Counted from the stretch's first letter, positions 8,489 to 17,660 are shown. The stretch is 29,333 nucleotides of DNA from Erysipelotrichaceae bacterium (GCA_028698185.1 JAQVDW010000023.1:1-29333); one strand, 5' to 3'. Notes: generated by a model not told the origin, from the letters alone. Numbers and translations: made by a program.

Positions 8489-9403
8489 TTATCCCTGTTT
8501 TTTATCGTCGGTCACCATTTCCTTGACCGAAGTCGCCAGCGATGCCAGGCTCTGGATATCTGAAGGAATGATGATTTTTGTCGCTTGACCGTTGGCAACC
8601 TTTTGGAAAGTGTCGTAGCCTTGCAGTTGCAGGTATGCCTGTTTAGGGTCTGCATCGTTGATATATTTGATCCCTTGGGCTTGGGCTTCGAAGACAAGCC
8701 TGATGGCTTCGGCCTCCCCTTGGGCCTGGGCGATGCGCGCCTCTTTCTGGGCTGCGGCTTTGAGAATTGTCGATTCCTTAGAACCTTCGGCCTCCAGAAT
8801 GGCGGCTTTTTTCTGTCCTTCGGCCCTCAAGATGGCTTCGCGTCGTTCCCGTTCGGCCCGCATTTGCTTTTCCATTGCTTCCTGGATGTCGCGGGGCGGG
8901 ATGATGTTTTTGACCTCGACCCGGTGAACCTTGATTCCCCATGGGTCGGTAGCGTCGTCGAGAATCGAGCGCATTCTTGAGTTTATGATATCGCGCGAAG
9001 TCAGCGATTCGTCAAGTTCGAGATCTCCGATGATGTTTCTTAGTGTCGTAGCTGTCAGGTTTTCAATCGCATTTAGCGGCCGTTCAACCCCGTAAGTGAA
9101 CAGCTTTGGATCCGTGATTTGGAAATAAACCACCGTATCGATCTGCATCGTTACATTGTCTTTGGTGATTACCGGTTGTGGCGCGAAGTCGATAACCTGT
9201 TCCTTCAGGGAAACGTTGCTTACAAGCCGGTCGATAAAGGGAACCAGGATGTGGAGCCCCACCGACAAGGTGCGGTCATATGCCCCGATTCTTTCAATTA
9301 CATAGGCCCTTGATTGGGGCACGATTCGAATAGTCCTTGCAATCATCACAAGCACAATCAAGATGATGACTGCCCATAATACATAACCAATTATTGCATC
9401 CAT
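8489..9403 (-). CDS. SPFH/band-7 (stomatin/prohibitin-like, QmcA-type) membrane protein
   Basis: N-terminal TM helix, an SPFH core (IVPQSRAYVIERIGAYDRTL...), and a charged Ala/Glu-rich coiled-coil tail (AEGQKKAAILEAEG...). It lies directly downstream of an NfeD gene. Confidence 0.88.
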   Translation of the reverse strand: MDAIIGYVLWAVIILIVLVMIARTIRIVPQSRAYVIERIGAYDRTLSVGLHILVPFIDRLVSNVSLKEQVIDFAPQPVITKDNVTMQIDTVVYFQITDPKLFTYGVERPLNAIENLTATTLRNIIGDLELDESLTSRDIINSRMRSILDDATDPWGIKVHRVEVKNIIPPRDIQEAMEKQMRAERERREAILRAEGQKKAAILEAEGSKESTILKAAAQKEARIAQAQGEAEAIRLVFEAQAQGIKYINDADPKQAYLQLQGYDTFQKVANGQATKIIIPSDIQSLASLATSVKEMVTDDKKQG

Positions 9404-9407
9404 TTAA

Positions 9408-9848
9408 TTAATCCTCCCTTTCATTGGATAATTTCTTGACAACCAGATGGGCGCCTTCAACTCCGATAACCTCACAGTATTCGCCCTCTTCAATTATTGT
9501 ATTGTCTATACTTGATGCTGCCCAAGTTGAGGCCATGACTTTGACTTCTCCTTTCTGGTCAGGAGAGATGGTGCTAAGAACCAGGGCGTGTTTGCCGATA
9601 TATCGGTCATAGTTGGTCGCCACGGTGTTCGTCTTCAAATAGCGTTTGGCAATCGGTCGGGTCACAAACAATGAAAAGACAGTAACCAGAACAAAGACGA
9701 TAATCTGGACAGGCGTGGATACGCCAAACAGTTCCAGAACCAGAGCGAAGATGGCTCCTAGACCAAACCAGATCGAGACAAGATCGACCGTCGCCGCCTC
9801 GATTATGACGGCGAGGATGATGACAATAAGCCAAAATGTAGTTTCCAT
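9408..9848 (-). CDS. NfeD-family membrane protein (SPFH partner)
   Basis: Three N-terminal TM helices plus a C-terminal OB-fold-like segment (GKHALVLSTISPDQKGEVKVMASTWAASS...VIGVEGAHLVVKK). A 4-nt gap separates it from the SPFH gene. Confidence 0.8.
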   Translation of the reverse strand: METTFWLIVIILAVIIEAATVDLVSIWFGLGAIFALVLELFGVSTPVQIIVFVLVTVFSLFVTRPIAKRYLKTNTVATNYDRYIGKHALVLSTISPDQKGEVKVMASTWAASSIDNTIIEEGEYCEVIGVEGAHLVVKKLSNERED

Positions 9849-9888
9849 ATGTATTTTCCTTTCACATTCACAATAGTGATGTAATTCA

Positions 9889-10254
9889 TCAGTTCAAATC
9901 GACAAGCAAAATCTGGTGGACCACATCGAAATAGGCCGGGAATTTCACGTTGCCATTTGCTTCCAAATCCAGGTTGAAGCTTTTCGAGAGTTCCAAAAGA
10001 AAGTTCTTGTTGGAGATGCGCATATAGCTTTTTCCCGCCGAGATGTGGTGGAGCTGTTCTTTGGGGTAGTAATTGTTCGCGGCCTCCTCTTTGGTGACCG
10101 GTTTGATTCCTAGCTGCCCTTTTTGGTTGACGCCTAACATCGCATAGGTGACGTTTTCGAAATGCTTGCTCGCGGCGGAGTTCAAGGTAATGCTGCCACT
10201 GTTGAGGGTGACAATTTTTTTGTTGCTTTCACTTGTGCACCAATTGAAATCCAT
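9889..10254 (-). CDS. hypothetical 121-aa soluble protein, first gene of the NfeD-SPFH operon
   Basis: Clean ORF with a weak RBS (AAGGAA). No terminator occurs in the 40-nt gap before nfeD. I recognise no family. The two halves show a similar beta-hairpin-like pattern (ITLNSAASKHF... and RISNKNFLLELSKSF...). Confidence 0.55.
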   Translation of the reverse strand: MDFNWCTSESNKKIVTLNSGSITLNSAASKHFENVTYAMLGVNQKGQLGIKPVTKEEAANNYYPKEQLHHISAGKSYMRISNKNFLLELSKSFNLDLEANGNVKFPAYFDVVHQILLVDLN

Positions 10255-10424
10255 ATTATCATTCCTTTCTTATCTTAAGCTAAATTTAAACAAGTAACAA
10301 GTTAAATGTAACAAATAACTCGAACAAATTCTTATTTTTCTTATTTTTCACAATTATATTATATTTCTTTTGTAGGATTATTTCAACCATTTTCGTGCTT
10401 GGATTGCGGTCGGATAAATGGTGG

Positions 10425-10453
10425 TTTAACTTTCAGGATAAAAAGTGTATAAT
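10425..10453 (+). promoter_or_regulatory. putative sigma-A promoter of the lipoprotein-deoD-HAD-alr unit
   Basis: TTTAAC (10425-10430), 17 nt, TATAAT (10448-10453). Confidence 0.45.
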
Positions 10454-10470
10454 TAATTGAGGTGAAAAAA

Positions 10471-10914
10471 ATGAAAAAGTTAATATTGATTATATTTTTG
10501 CTTATCGCAACGGTCGGATGTTCCAGTTCCCAGGAACAGACGCCATCGGCTGAGGATTTGGTTGGTAATTACACTTTGAATTATTTTTACGTTCCTGCCT
10601 GCAACAGCTGCGAGGATTTCATTGCTTATGGAATTCCGGTGATTGAAGAGGTTTTCCAAGACCACATAACAATCAATAAATACGACCTGGACGCAAGTGG
10701 CACCAAGGTCATTTATGATGATATCATCAATCGTCTTGACGGATTTGATCAGGATAATTACGGCTTTGGACCGTTTATCAGTTTCGGGGATTACTTCGCC
10801 AAGCTAGGCTACGCATATGGTGATGAGAGTGAATTGGTCAACGACATGCTCAAGGCGGTCAATGGGATGGAACTTGGCGACGAGCTGATTGCCGGGCGTT
10901 ATTATTTCAAATGA
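10471..10914 (+). CDS. lipoprotein with CxxC motif (thioredoxin-fold-like)
   Basis: Signal peptide with lipobox TVGC and a CNSC motif in a YFYVPACNSCEDF context. ATG at 10471 lies 6 nt after GAGGTG. The ORF-track GTG at 10462 overlaps that RBS. Confidence 0.65.
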   Translation: MKKLILIIFLLIATVGCSSSQEQTPSAEDLVGNYTLNYFYVPACNSCEDFIAYGIPVIEEVFQDHITINKYDLDASGTKVIYDDIINRLDGFDQDNYGFGPFISFGDYFAKLGYAYGDESELVNDMLKAVNGMELGDELIAGRYYFK

Positions 10915-10931
10915 AAATGGGAGGTATGAAG

Positions 10932-11642
10932 ATGGCAACACCACATAATGAAGCCAATAAAGGCGATATTGCCAAGATTGTACTGATGCCAGGAGACCCG
11001 TTGCGGGCCAAATTCGTGGCGGATACTTTCTTGGAAGATGCGGTTCAATTCAATAAGGTGCGCAACATGTTTGGCTATACCGGATATTATCGGGGAAAGA
11101 AGATTTCGGTCATGGGGTCGGGAATGGGGATGCCTTCAATCGGGATATATGCCCATGAACTTTATACCCAATACGGTGTCGAGGCGATTATCCGGATCGG
11201 AAGCTGCGGCGCCTATGTCGAGGATATCCATGTCAATGACATCATCCTGGCAATCGGCGCATCGACCGATTCCAATTTCGCCCATCACTATCAGCTGCCG
11301 GGAACATACAGCGCCACGGCAACTTTCGAGCTGCTGGAAATTGCCAATCAGAAGGCCAAGGAACAGGGCTGCAACTACCGGGTGGGCAACATCCTTTCTT
11401 CCGATGTCTTTTACAGCAAGAATTCCCCGGTGGAAAAATGGGCGCAGATGGGGGTCCTCGCAGTCGAAATGGAATCATATGCCCTTTATACGATTGCCGC
11501 GGAGCTAAGAAAGTCCGCTCTTTGCATTCTGACAGTTTCCGACAGTCTGGTTCTTGATGAGAATCTTTCGCCGTTGGAACGCCAGAACGGTTTTACAAAT
11601 ATGATGGAGATAGCCTTGAAAACTGCTTATGAATATATCTAA
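10932..11642 (+). CDS. deoD: purine nucleoside phosphorylase, DeoD type
   Basis: Near-canonical N-terminus MATPHNEANKGDIAKIVLMPGDPLRAKF, plus SVMGSGMGMPSIGIY and VEMESYALY. ATG at 10932 lies 7 nt after GGGAGG. Confidence 0.92.
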   Translation: MATPHNEANKGDIAKIVLMPGDPLRAKFVADTFLEDAVQFNKVRNMFGYTGYYRGKKISVMGSGMGMPSIGIYAHELYTQYGVEAIIRIGSCGAYVEDIHVNDIILAIGASTDSNFAHHYQLPGTYSATATFELLEIANQKAKEQGCNYRVGNILSSDVFYSKNSPVEKWAQMGVLAVEMESYALYTIAAELRKSALCILTVSDSLVLDENLSPLERQNGFTNMMEIALKTAYEYI

Positions 11643-12246
11643 ATTTGCCTTTTACGATTTTGATGACACCCTGATCCATGGGGATTCAAACAAATATATC
11701 TTTTTATACGGCCTGAGAAGAAGACCGCTGTTTATTTTGAGTGTTTTTCCGATTGCTATCTATTTTATCGGATACAAGCTGAAGCTTTGCCCCATCAACA
11801 AGGCAAAAAGCATCTGGCTAAGACCATTGAAATGGATGGATGACAAAGAGCTCGAAGATTTTTATAAAACGGAAATAATGCCGCACTACTACGACAATGT
11901 CGTAGCCAATCTCAAAGCCCAGTATGAAGCCGGTTATCTGGTTTACATATGTTCGGCAAGTGTCGAAGCCTATCTATTGAAAACCGACTTGCCGTACCAT
12001 TTCCTGAGTGGAACAAGAACGAAGGTGCGCGGGGGCCGGTACACCAACCTGGTGATTGGCAAAAACTGCAAGCGCAAGGAAAAGGTCGCCCGGATCCAGG
12101 AAGTGCTTGATGGAGCGGGGCTGGCGATAGATTACGAAAACTCATATGCCTATTCGGATTCGCCAAGCGATTGGCCGATGCTCAAGCTGGTCAAAAACCG
12201 GGTGCGCATCGACAAGCAAACCGGGGCTATGAGCGAATTCAAATAA
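11629..12246 (+). CDS. HAD-superfamily hydrolase, subfamily IB (SerB-like)
   Basis: Motif I FYDFDDTL and motif IV YSDSPSDWPML. It overlaps the deoD 3' end by 14 nt. Confidence 0.8.
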   Translation: MNISKFAFYDFDDTLIHGDSNKYIFLYGLRRRPLFILSVFPIAIYFIGYKLKLCPINKAKSIWLRPLKWMDDKELEDFYKTEIMPHYYDNVVANLKAQYEAGYLVYICSASVEAYLLKTDLPYHFLSGTRTKVRGGRYTNLVIGKNCKRKEKVARIQEVLDGAGLAIDYENSYAYSDSPSDWPMLKLVKNRVRIDKQTGAMSEFK

Positions 12247-12270
12247 TAATATTAGGCTAGGGGGAATTAA

Positions 12271-13338
12271 ATGTTACTGCGCGACAGTTATGCGGTTGTG
12301 GATTTGAAAAGACTGAAAAACAATATCGAGAAGGTTCATGCCCGGTTCAACCGGCCCTTGATGGCGGTGATCAAGGCTGATGCCTATGGCCATGGGTTCA
12401 AGGAAGTGGCGCTGTACATCCATCAGCTTGAATATCTGGAGATGTTCGCCGTGGCGACCCTGGAAGAGGCGTTGGAGCTGCGCGAACTTAACATCAAAAA
12501 GGGCATCCTTGTGTTGGGGGCGGTGCCGACCCGGCGGGCCCAGATCGAGCTGGCCATTGAAAATGATATCTCGCTGGCATTGGTATCTCTGGATTACTAC
12601 TATCTGATCAAATCGTTCAAGCTCGACAGACCGGTCAAGGTCCATGTCAAACTGGATACCGGAATGGGCCGGATCGGGCTGCAAAACGAGGAGCAGCTAA
12701 AAGAGCTCCTTGACGACATCAACCCCGGCCAGTTCGAAGTCGAAGGGGTTTTCACCCATTTCGCCACGGCTGATGGAGATGAGGCCGAGTACAAAAAACA
12801 GCTTGAAAAGTATTATCGAATGACCAAGGGAATGAAGTTCAAATACATGCATTGCAACAACAGTGCCGGGATGTTCTACCATGATGAACAGGTCTCCAAT
12901 CTTGGCCGGATTGGGATAACCATGTATGGCCTGGATCCTGCCGGCGAGCATCGGGGTGAGTTTGAACAGGTCATGTCGCTCTATTCCAATGTGGTCATGG
13001 TCAAGAAAATCCCCAAAGGGAGCAAAGTCGGCTATGGCATGACTTACACGGCCAAGAGCGACGAGTATATCGCGACCATCCCCTTGGGCTATGCCGACGG
13101 GTTCATCCGCAAGAACCAGGGCCGGGAAGTTTATATTAAAGGAAAGTATTACCAGATCGTCGGCCGCGTCTGCATGGACCAATGCATGATAAAAGTCGAT
13201 GAATCGGTCAAGGTCGGAGACCAGGTGGAGATATTCGGTGACCATATATCCCTGGATTCGATGGCCAAGGAGCTGGATACTATTTCATATGAGATTATCT
13301 GCCTGATCAAACGGATACCAATAATCTACAAAAAATAA
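12271..13338 (+). CDS. alr: alanine racemase
   Basis: PLP-lysine motif AVIKADAYGHG, typical length (355 aa), and a C-terminal beta domain (GRVCMDQCMI). Confidence 0.9.
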   Translation: MLLRDSYAVVDLKRLKNNIEKVHARFNRPLMAVIKADAYGHGFKEVALYIHQLEYLEMFAVATLEEALELRELNIKKGILVLGAVPTRRAQIELAIENDISLALVSLDYYYLIKSFKLDRPVKVHVKLDTGMGRIGLQNEEQLKELLDDINPGQFEVEGVFTHFATADGDEAEYKKQLEKYYRMTKGMKFKYMHCNNSAGMFYHDEQVSNLGRIGITMYGLDPAGEHRGEFEQVMSLYSNVVMVKKIPKGSKVGYGMTYTAKSDEYIATIPLGYADGFIRKNQGREVYIKGKYYQIVGRVCMDQCMIKVDESVKVGDQVEIFGDHISLDSMAKELDTISYEIICLIKRIPIIYKK

Positions 13339-13339
13339 G

Positions 13340-13365
13340 TAGCTTACATTGTTAAGCTATTTTTC
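13340..13365 (+). terminator. intrinsic terminator after alr
   Basis: TAGCTTA, loop CATTGT, TAAGCTA, followed by T5. Confidence 0.65.
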
Positions 13366-13385
13366 TTTTGGGTGGAAAACAATCA

Positions 13386-13414
13386 TTGACATAATAAATA
13401 ATTTTCAATATGAT
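13386..13414 (+). promoter_or_regulatory. putative sigma-A promoter of panE
   Basis: TTGACA (13386-13391), 17 nt, TATGAT (13409-13414). Confidence 0.5.
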
Positions 13415-13442
13415 AAAATAGTGTCATCAAGGAGGGAATAAA

Positions 13443-14369
13443 ATGAAAAAAGTAGCATTGATAGGTTTAGGAGCGATGGGGGCGTTCTTCGCCGGAAGAT
13501 TGAGCGATTATCTGGGTGATGACTTTGTGGTCATAGCGTCTGGTGAACGCAAAAAGCGGATCGAACAAAACGGCCTGACTATCAACAACAAGCACTACAG
13601 TTTCAGGGTGTTGGATCCGGAGACAACCGTCTTTGGCGCCGACTTGATCATAGTCGCAGTCAAAAGTCTCGCATTGGATGAAGCGCTCGGGCAGATAAGG
13701 AACTTTGTTGGGAAAAACACCCAGATACTAGCGGTGCTCAACGGAGTCGAAGCCGATGAAAAGGCGATGGCAATCTATGGCGAAGATCGCGTGCTGTATT
13801 CCTATATGCGGGTTTCCAATGAAATCAAGGACAATATGGCGCAATTCGATGAGAGTACCGGACGGGTATTCTTCGGTGAAAAAGATAATGCGATCCTCTC
13901 TGATCGGGTTAGGGCAATCGACGAACTGTTCAATGAAGCGGGGATCAAGTTTGTCAATGACAAGGACATGGTCAAATCGCTATGGCATAAATACATGTGC
14001 AATGTCGGGGAAAACCTGAGCTGTGCCCTTGTGGGGGTGCCGTTTGGGGGATTCACTTGCAGCGATAACCTCAACGCCATGAGGGTGATGCTCATGGAAG
14101 AGGTGGTGAAGGTGGCCAACGCCAAAGGGATTTCCCTTAGCAGGCAGGACATCGTCGACCAGCAGCCCAAGTATCTGCGCATCCCGTTCCAAAACCAGCC
14201 GTCGACCTTGCAGGACATCAACAATAAAAAAGTCACTGAAATCGAGATGTTTGCGGGAACTGTGGTCAGATTCGGCCGGGAGCTGAACATTCCAACTCCG
14301 ATAAACGAGTTTGTCTATCATGCAATCAAGGTTCTCGAACAGAAAAATGCCGGTTTATTCGAACAATAG
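13443..14369 (+). CDS. panE: 2-dehydropantoate 2-reductase (ketopantoate reductase, ApbA/PanE family)
   Basis: N-terminal Rossmann motif VALIGLGAMGAFFAGRL. Length and C-terminal helical domain are typical of ApbA/PanE. RBS is AAGGAGGG. Confidence 0.75.
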   Translation: MKKVALIGLGAMGAFFAGRLSDYLGDDFVVIASGERKKRIEQNGLTINNKHYSFRVLDPETTVFGADLIIVAVKSLALDEALGQIRNFVGKNTQILAVLNGVEADEKAMAIYGEDRVLYSYMRVSNEIKDNMAQFDESTGRVFFGEKDNAILSDRVRAIDELFNEAGIKFVNDKDMVKSLWHKYMCNVGENLSCALVGVPFGGFTCSDNLNAMRVMLMEEVVKVANAKGISLSRQDIVDQQPKYLRIPFQNQPSTLQDINNKKVTEIEMFAGTVVRFGRELNIPTPINEFVYHAIKVLEQKNAGLFEQ

Positions 14370-14375
14370 TATTCG

Positions 14376-14402
14376 AACGTCTCTGTAAGGAGACGTTTTT
14401 TG
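14376..14402 (+). terminator. intrinsic terminator after panE
   Basis: AACGTCTC, loop TGTAAG, GAGACGTT, followed by a T run. Confidence 0.7.
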
Positions 14403-14480
14403 TCGTTATGGTAAATAATATGAAGATGAAGGTCTTGAAAACTTTAAATAGTAACTTATTATCATAATGATAAATTATTA

Positions 14481-14509
14481 TTGACATTGCCGGTGCCCTT
14501 TGGTATTAT
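14481..14509 (+). promoter_or_regulatory. putative sigma-A promoter of the amino-acid ABC operon
   Basis: TTGACA (14481-14486), 17 nt, TATTAT (14504-14509). Confidence 0.5.
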
Positions 14510-14540
14510 TGTCCCATAAACAAAGAGAGCAGGTGAGGAA

Positions 14541-15266
14541 ATGATTAAATTGGAAAATGTCAACAAGTACTTTGGCGATGTACATGTGCTAAAAGACGTC
14601 AACCTGACTGTTGGCGAAGGTGAAAAATTGGTTATCCTGGGACCTTCAGGTTCGGGAAAATCGACAACGATCCGGTGCATCAATCATTTGGAGGAGCCCA
14701 CCAGTGGATACGTCAGCATCGATGGGAAAAGGGTTGAGAAAAACAACAAGACAAAAATCGTCCGCGAGAATGTCTCGATGGTTTTCCAACAATTCAATCT
14801 GTATCCCCATTTGACTGTGATGGAGAATCTGACGCTTGCGCCGATGAAGCTTCACGGTGTCAGCAAATGGGATGCTGACGAACTGGCGCTGCAGACTTTG
14901 GAGAGGGTCGGACTAAAGGGGAAGGAACAGGCTTATCCAGAAGAGTTATCCGGCGGCCAACAGCAGCGGGTGGCGATTGCCCGGGCATTGTGTGCAAAAA
15001 GCCGCGTGATTCTGTTTGACGAACCGACCAGCGCTCTTGACCCGGAGATGGTTCAGGAGGTCCTTGATGTGATGGTCGAACTGGCCAAGGAAAATATCAC
15101 GATGATCTGTGTTACTCATGAGATGGGATTCGCCAAAGCGGTGGCCGATCGGGTGGTGTTCATGGATGAAGGAATGATAATTGAGGAAGGTAGTCCGAGC
15201 GAATTTTTCGACAAGCCGAAGACTGACCGGGCAAAAGACTTTTTAGGGAAGATTATAAGACACTAA
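14541..15266 (+). CDS. polar amino-acid ABC transporter ATP-binding protein (GlnQ-like)
   Basis: Walker [10 protein letters not shown], signature [15 protein letters not shown], Walker [13 protein letters not shown]-loop VTHEMGFA. Confidence 0.92.
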   Translation: MIKLENVNKYFGDVHVLKDVNLTVGEGEKLVILGPSGSGKSTTIRCINHLEEPTSGYVSIDGKRVEKNNKTKIVRENVSMVFQQFNLYPHLTVMENLTLAPMKLHGVSKWDADELALQTLERVGLKGKEQAYPEELSGGQQQRVAIARALCAKSRVILFDEPTSALDPEMVQEVLDVMVELAKENITMICVTHEMGFAKAVADRVVFMDEGMIIEEGSPSEFFDKPKTDRAKDFLGKIIRH

Positions 15267-15284
15267 GGAAAAGAGGGAAAGACA

Positions 15285-16235
15285 ATGTTAAAGAGAAAAA
15301 TGGGAAGTGTGCTATTGTTATCTGCAATGGTGTTCACAGGATGTTCAAGTGCTTCGGGCACGTCTTCGTCAGCTTCTTCGATGCTGGAAAAAATCGCCGA
15401 ACGCGGGGTGTTGAATGTCGGGATTTCAACCGACAAACTGGGATTCGCGTTGGAAAACACTTCAACTGGCGAATTGGAAGGTCTGGAAGTCGAAATGACC
15501 AAACAGATTGCCGCTGACATTGCAAAGCTTGAAGGGGTCGACAGCATCGATGTCGATTACACTAAGGTGAGTTCGACAACAAGAACCGCCCTGCTTGATG
15601 AAGGTTCGATCGACATCATTGCCGCTTCGTATACCGACACCAAAAAACGGGCGGAAACATGGAACTGTTCTTCGGCTTACTTCAACGACTCGGTGTCCGT
15701 AATGACCAAAAAAGGAGTGTACGCCAACGGGGTTGTTGACTTCCTGGCCAAATATAAAGAAACCGGCAAGAAGACAACCATCGCCATCGGTCTGGGGACA
15801 ACTTCCGGCGATGCCTTGAAGGAGTACATGGCTGGCACCCTGGGAATGAGCGAAGAAGAAATCGGTTCATGTCTGGAAATCAAGGAATTCCAAACCACCG
15901 ATGAAATCGTAATCGCCTTGGATACCGGGGTTGTTGACGGTTGGTGTGTCGACTACACTTTTTTGTTCTCATATAAAAATGATACCCTGGAAATCTTAGG
16001 GGAAACAGCTGGCGACATGTTCGTGCCCCAGCCATTAGGTATTGTCACTGTTTACAACAATGGTGTCAATGAAGAGGATCTGGAATTCACCAAATTCATC
16101 CAGGACGAGGTTCGCAAATTCTGGGAATCAGGTCAAATGAATGAATGGCTGGTCGAATTCGGTTATCCAGAACAAGATGCACCAGAAACATTGGATTGCG
16201 AGTATGGCCCTTACTTCCACATTGACCAACAATAA
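15285..16235 (+). CDS. amino-acid ABC transporter substrate-binding lipoprotein (SBP family 3-like)
   Basis: Signal peptide with lipobox FTGC and a Ser-rich linker. The core is SBP_bac_3-like (GVLNVGISTD..., DIIAASYTDTKKR). Operon context supports the call. Confidence 0.8.
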   Translation: MLKRKMGSVLLLSAMVFTGCSSASGTSSSASSMLEKIAERGVLNVGISTDKLGFALENTSTGELEGLEVEMTKQIAADIAKLEGVDSIDVDYTKVSSTTRTALLDEGSIDIIAASYTDTKKRAETWNCSSAYFNDSVSVMTKKGVYANGVVDFLAKYKETGKKTTIAIGLGTTSGDALKEYMAGTLGMSEEEIGSCLEIKEFQTTDEIVIALDTGVVDGWCVDYTFLFSYKNDTLEILGETAGDMFVPQPLGIVTVYNNGVNEEDLEFTKFIQDEVRKFWESGQMNEWLVEFGYPEQDAPETLDCEYGPYFHIDQQ

Positions 16236-16237
16236 TC

Positions 16238-16981
16238 ATGTTCCTCCTGTTTAGGGGCTTCGATCAGGTATTGCTTGAAACACCGAACTTTGTAGAGGCA
16301 TTTATCGCTGTGAGTATGAAAGCGGCGATAATTGCCTTGATAATCGGGTTGGTTATCGGAGTCGTTCTGGGGGTCGGCGCAACAAGTGAATCAAAAATCC
16401 TGAGGGCCATTTCCAGGATTTATGTCGAACTGTTGCAAAACACCCCAATATTGATCTTGTTGTTTTTCCTTTATGTGTTTTCACCTTATGTCGTTCCCGG
16501 GGGAGTCGACGCATTCACAGTCGGTTCGGTTGTGTTAGGGATATACCATGGGGCATACATATCTGAAATAGTCCGTTCGGGAATCCAGGCGGTTGCCAAA
16601 GGGCAGGAAGAGGCGGCCAAGTCGCAAGGCTTCACCAAGCTGCAGACGATGTGTTATATCATCCTGCCCCAGGCGGTCAGAATCATCATTCCACCGATTA
16701 CCACCCAGGTTGTGGGGATCATCAAGAACACTTCGATCCTGCAGGTAATCGCTGTGGGTGACCTGATGTATCAAGCCCAGATCTGGACTTCCTATTCCGG
16801 TTTTTCGGGACCGGCATTCATCCTGGCGGCGATGATCTACTTTGCGGTTTGTTATCCGCTGACTTTATTGTCACGCCATCTCGAGAAGAAGTTCGCGAAG
16901 GGGTATGTAAGAAAAGCGAAAAAGGCAACTCAAAGAAAAGAAAAAGCAAAAGTGGGAGGGAAAGTGTATGGAAATCATTAG
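16238..16981 (+). CDS. amino-acid ABC transporter permease (His/Glu/Gln/Arg/opine family)
   Basis: EAA loop EAAKSQGFTKLQTMCYIILPQA and a multi-TM profile. It starts 2 nt after the SBP stop and carries an unusually long basic C-terminal tail. Confidence 0.85.
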   Translation: MFLLFRGFDQVLLETPNFVEAFIAVSMKAAIIALIIGLVIGVVLGVGATSESKILRAISRIYVELLQNTPILILLFFLYVFSPYVVPGGVDAFTVGSVVLGIYHGAYISEIVRSGIQAVAKGQEEAAKSQGFTKLQTMCYIILPQAVRIIIPPITTQVVGIIKNTSILQVIAVGDLMYQAQIWTSYSGFSGPAFILAAMIYFAVCYPLTLLSRHLEKKFAKGYVRKAKKATQRKEKAKVGGKVYGNH

Positions 16982-17660
16982 TTCAGTTTTCACACCGGGC
17001 AATGTCCGCTATTTCCTGACCGGTCTTGAGGCGACCTTGCAGTTTGCAATGCTTTCGATCCTGTTCAGTTTTGTCCTGGGAACGGTGCTCGCACTGGTCA
17101 TCAACTATGCGCCAAAACTGCTTGGATATCCAGCCATGCTGTTCGTTGAGCTTTATCGCAACACGCCCCTGCTGCTCTGGGTGCTGTTTGGCCGGTTCGG
17201 GGTGGCTAAGGCATTCCGTCTTGACAGCTATATGGCGGTGTTGGTCATGTTCGTGTTTTTCTTTGGCGCCATAGTGTGCGAGACGATGCGCTCGGGCCTC
17301 AATGCCATCAACAAGGGACAGTTTGAAGCGGCGGCTTCGCAAGGGTTCAGCTTTGCGGGGATGCTGCGCTACATCCTGGTGCCTCAGGCCGTCAAGTTGG
17401 TAATGCCGCAGCTTCTTTCAACCCTGATCACCATTATCAAGGATACTTCATTCCTTTCGGTGATTTCGATTGCCGAACTGATGTATCAGGGTCGGGCGGT
17501 CATGGCCCAATACGTGAGTGTGAGCGAAAAGATAGTCTGTTACGGGATAATCATCGCCATCTATTTCACAATCAACTTCTCGCTGTCGTTGCTTGTCCGT
17601 CACTTGTCGAACAAGCAAAAAAGCCGGAAGCCGGTTGGGACCAGTCTGAAGCTAGGTTAG
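16968..17660 (+). CDS. amino-acid ABC transporter permease (second subunit)
   Basis: EAA loop EAAASQGFSFAGMLRYILVPQA. It overlaps the previous permease by 14 nt. Confidence 0.85.
   Translation: MEIISSVFTPGNVRYFLTGLEATLQFAMLSILFSFVLGTVLALVINYAPKLLGYPAMLFVELYRNTPLLLWVLFGRFGVAKAFRLDSYMAVLVMFVFFFGAIVCETMRSGLNAINKGQFEAAASQGFSFAGMLRYILVPQAVKLVMPQLLSTLITIIKDTSFLSVISIAELMYQGRAVMAQYVSVSEKIVCYGIIIAIYFTINFSLSLLVRHLSNKQKSRKPVGTSLKLG

Noticed and set aside
12697-13245. 182-aa minus-strand ORF inside alr. A similar 221-aa ORF at 1111-1776 lies opposite opuAA/opuAB.
   Set aside because: Both are antisense to high-confidence genes, with no RBS and an implausible composition.
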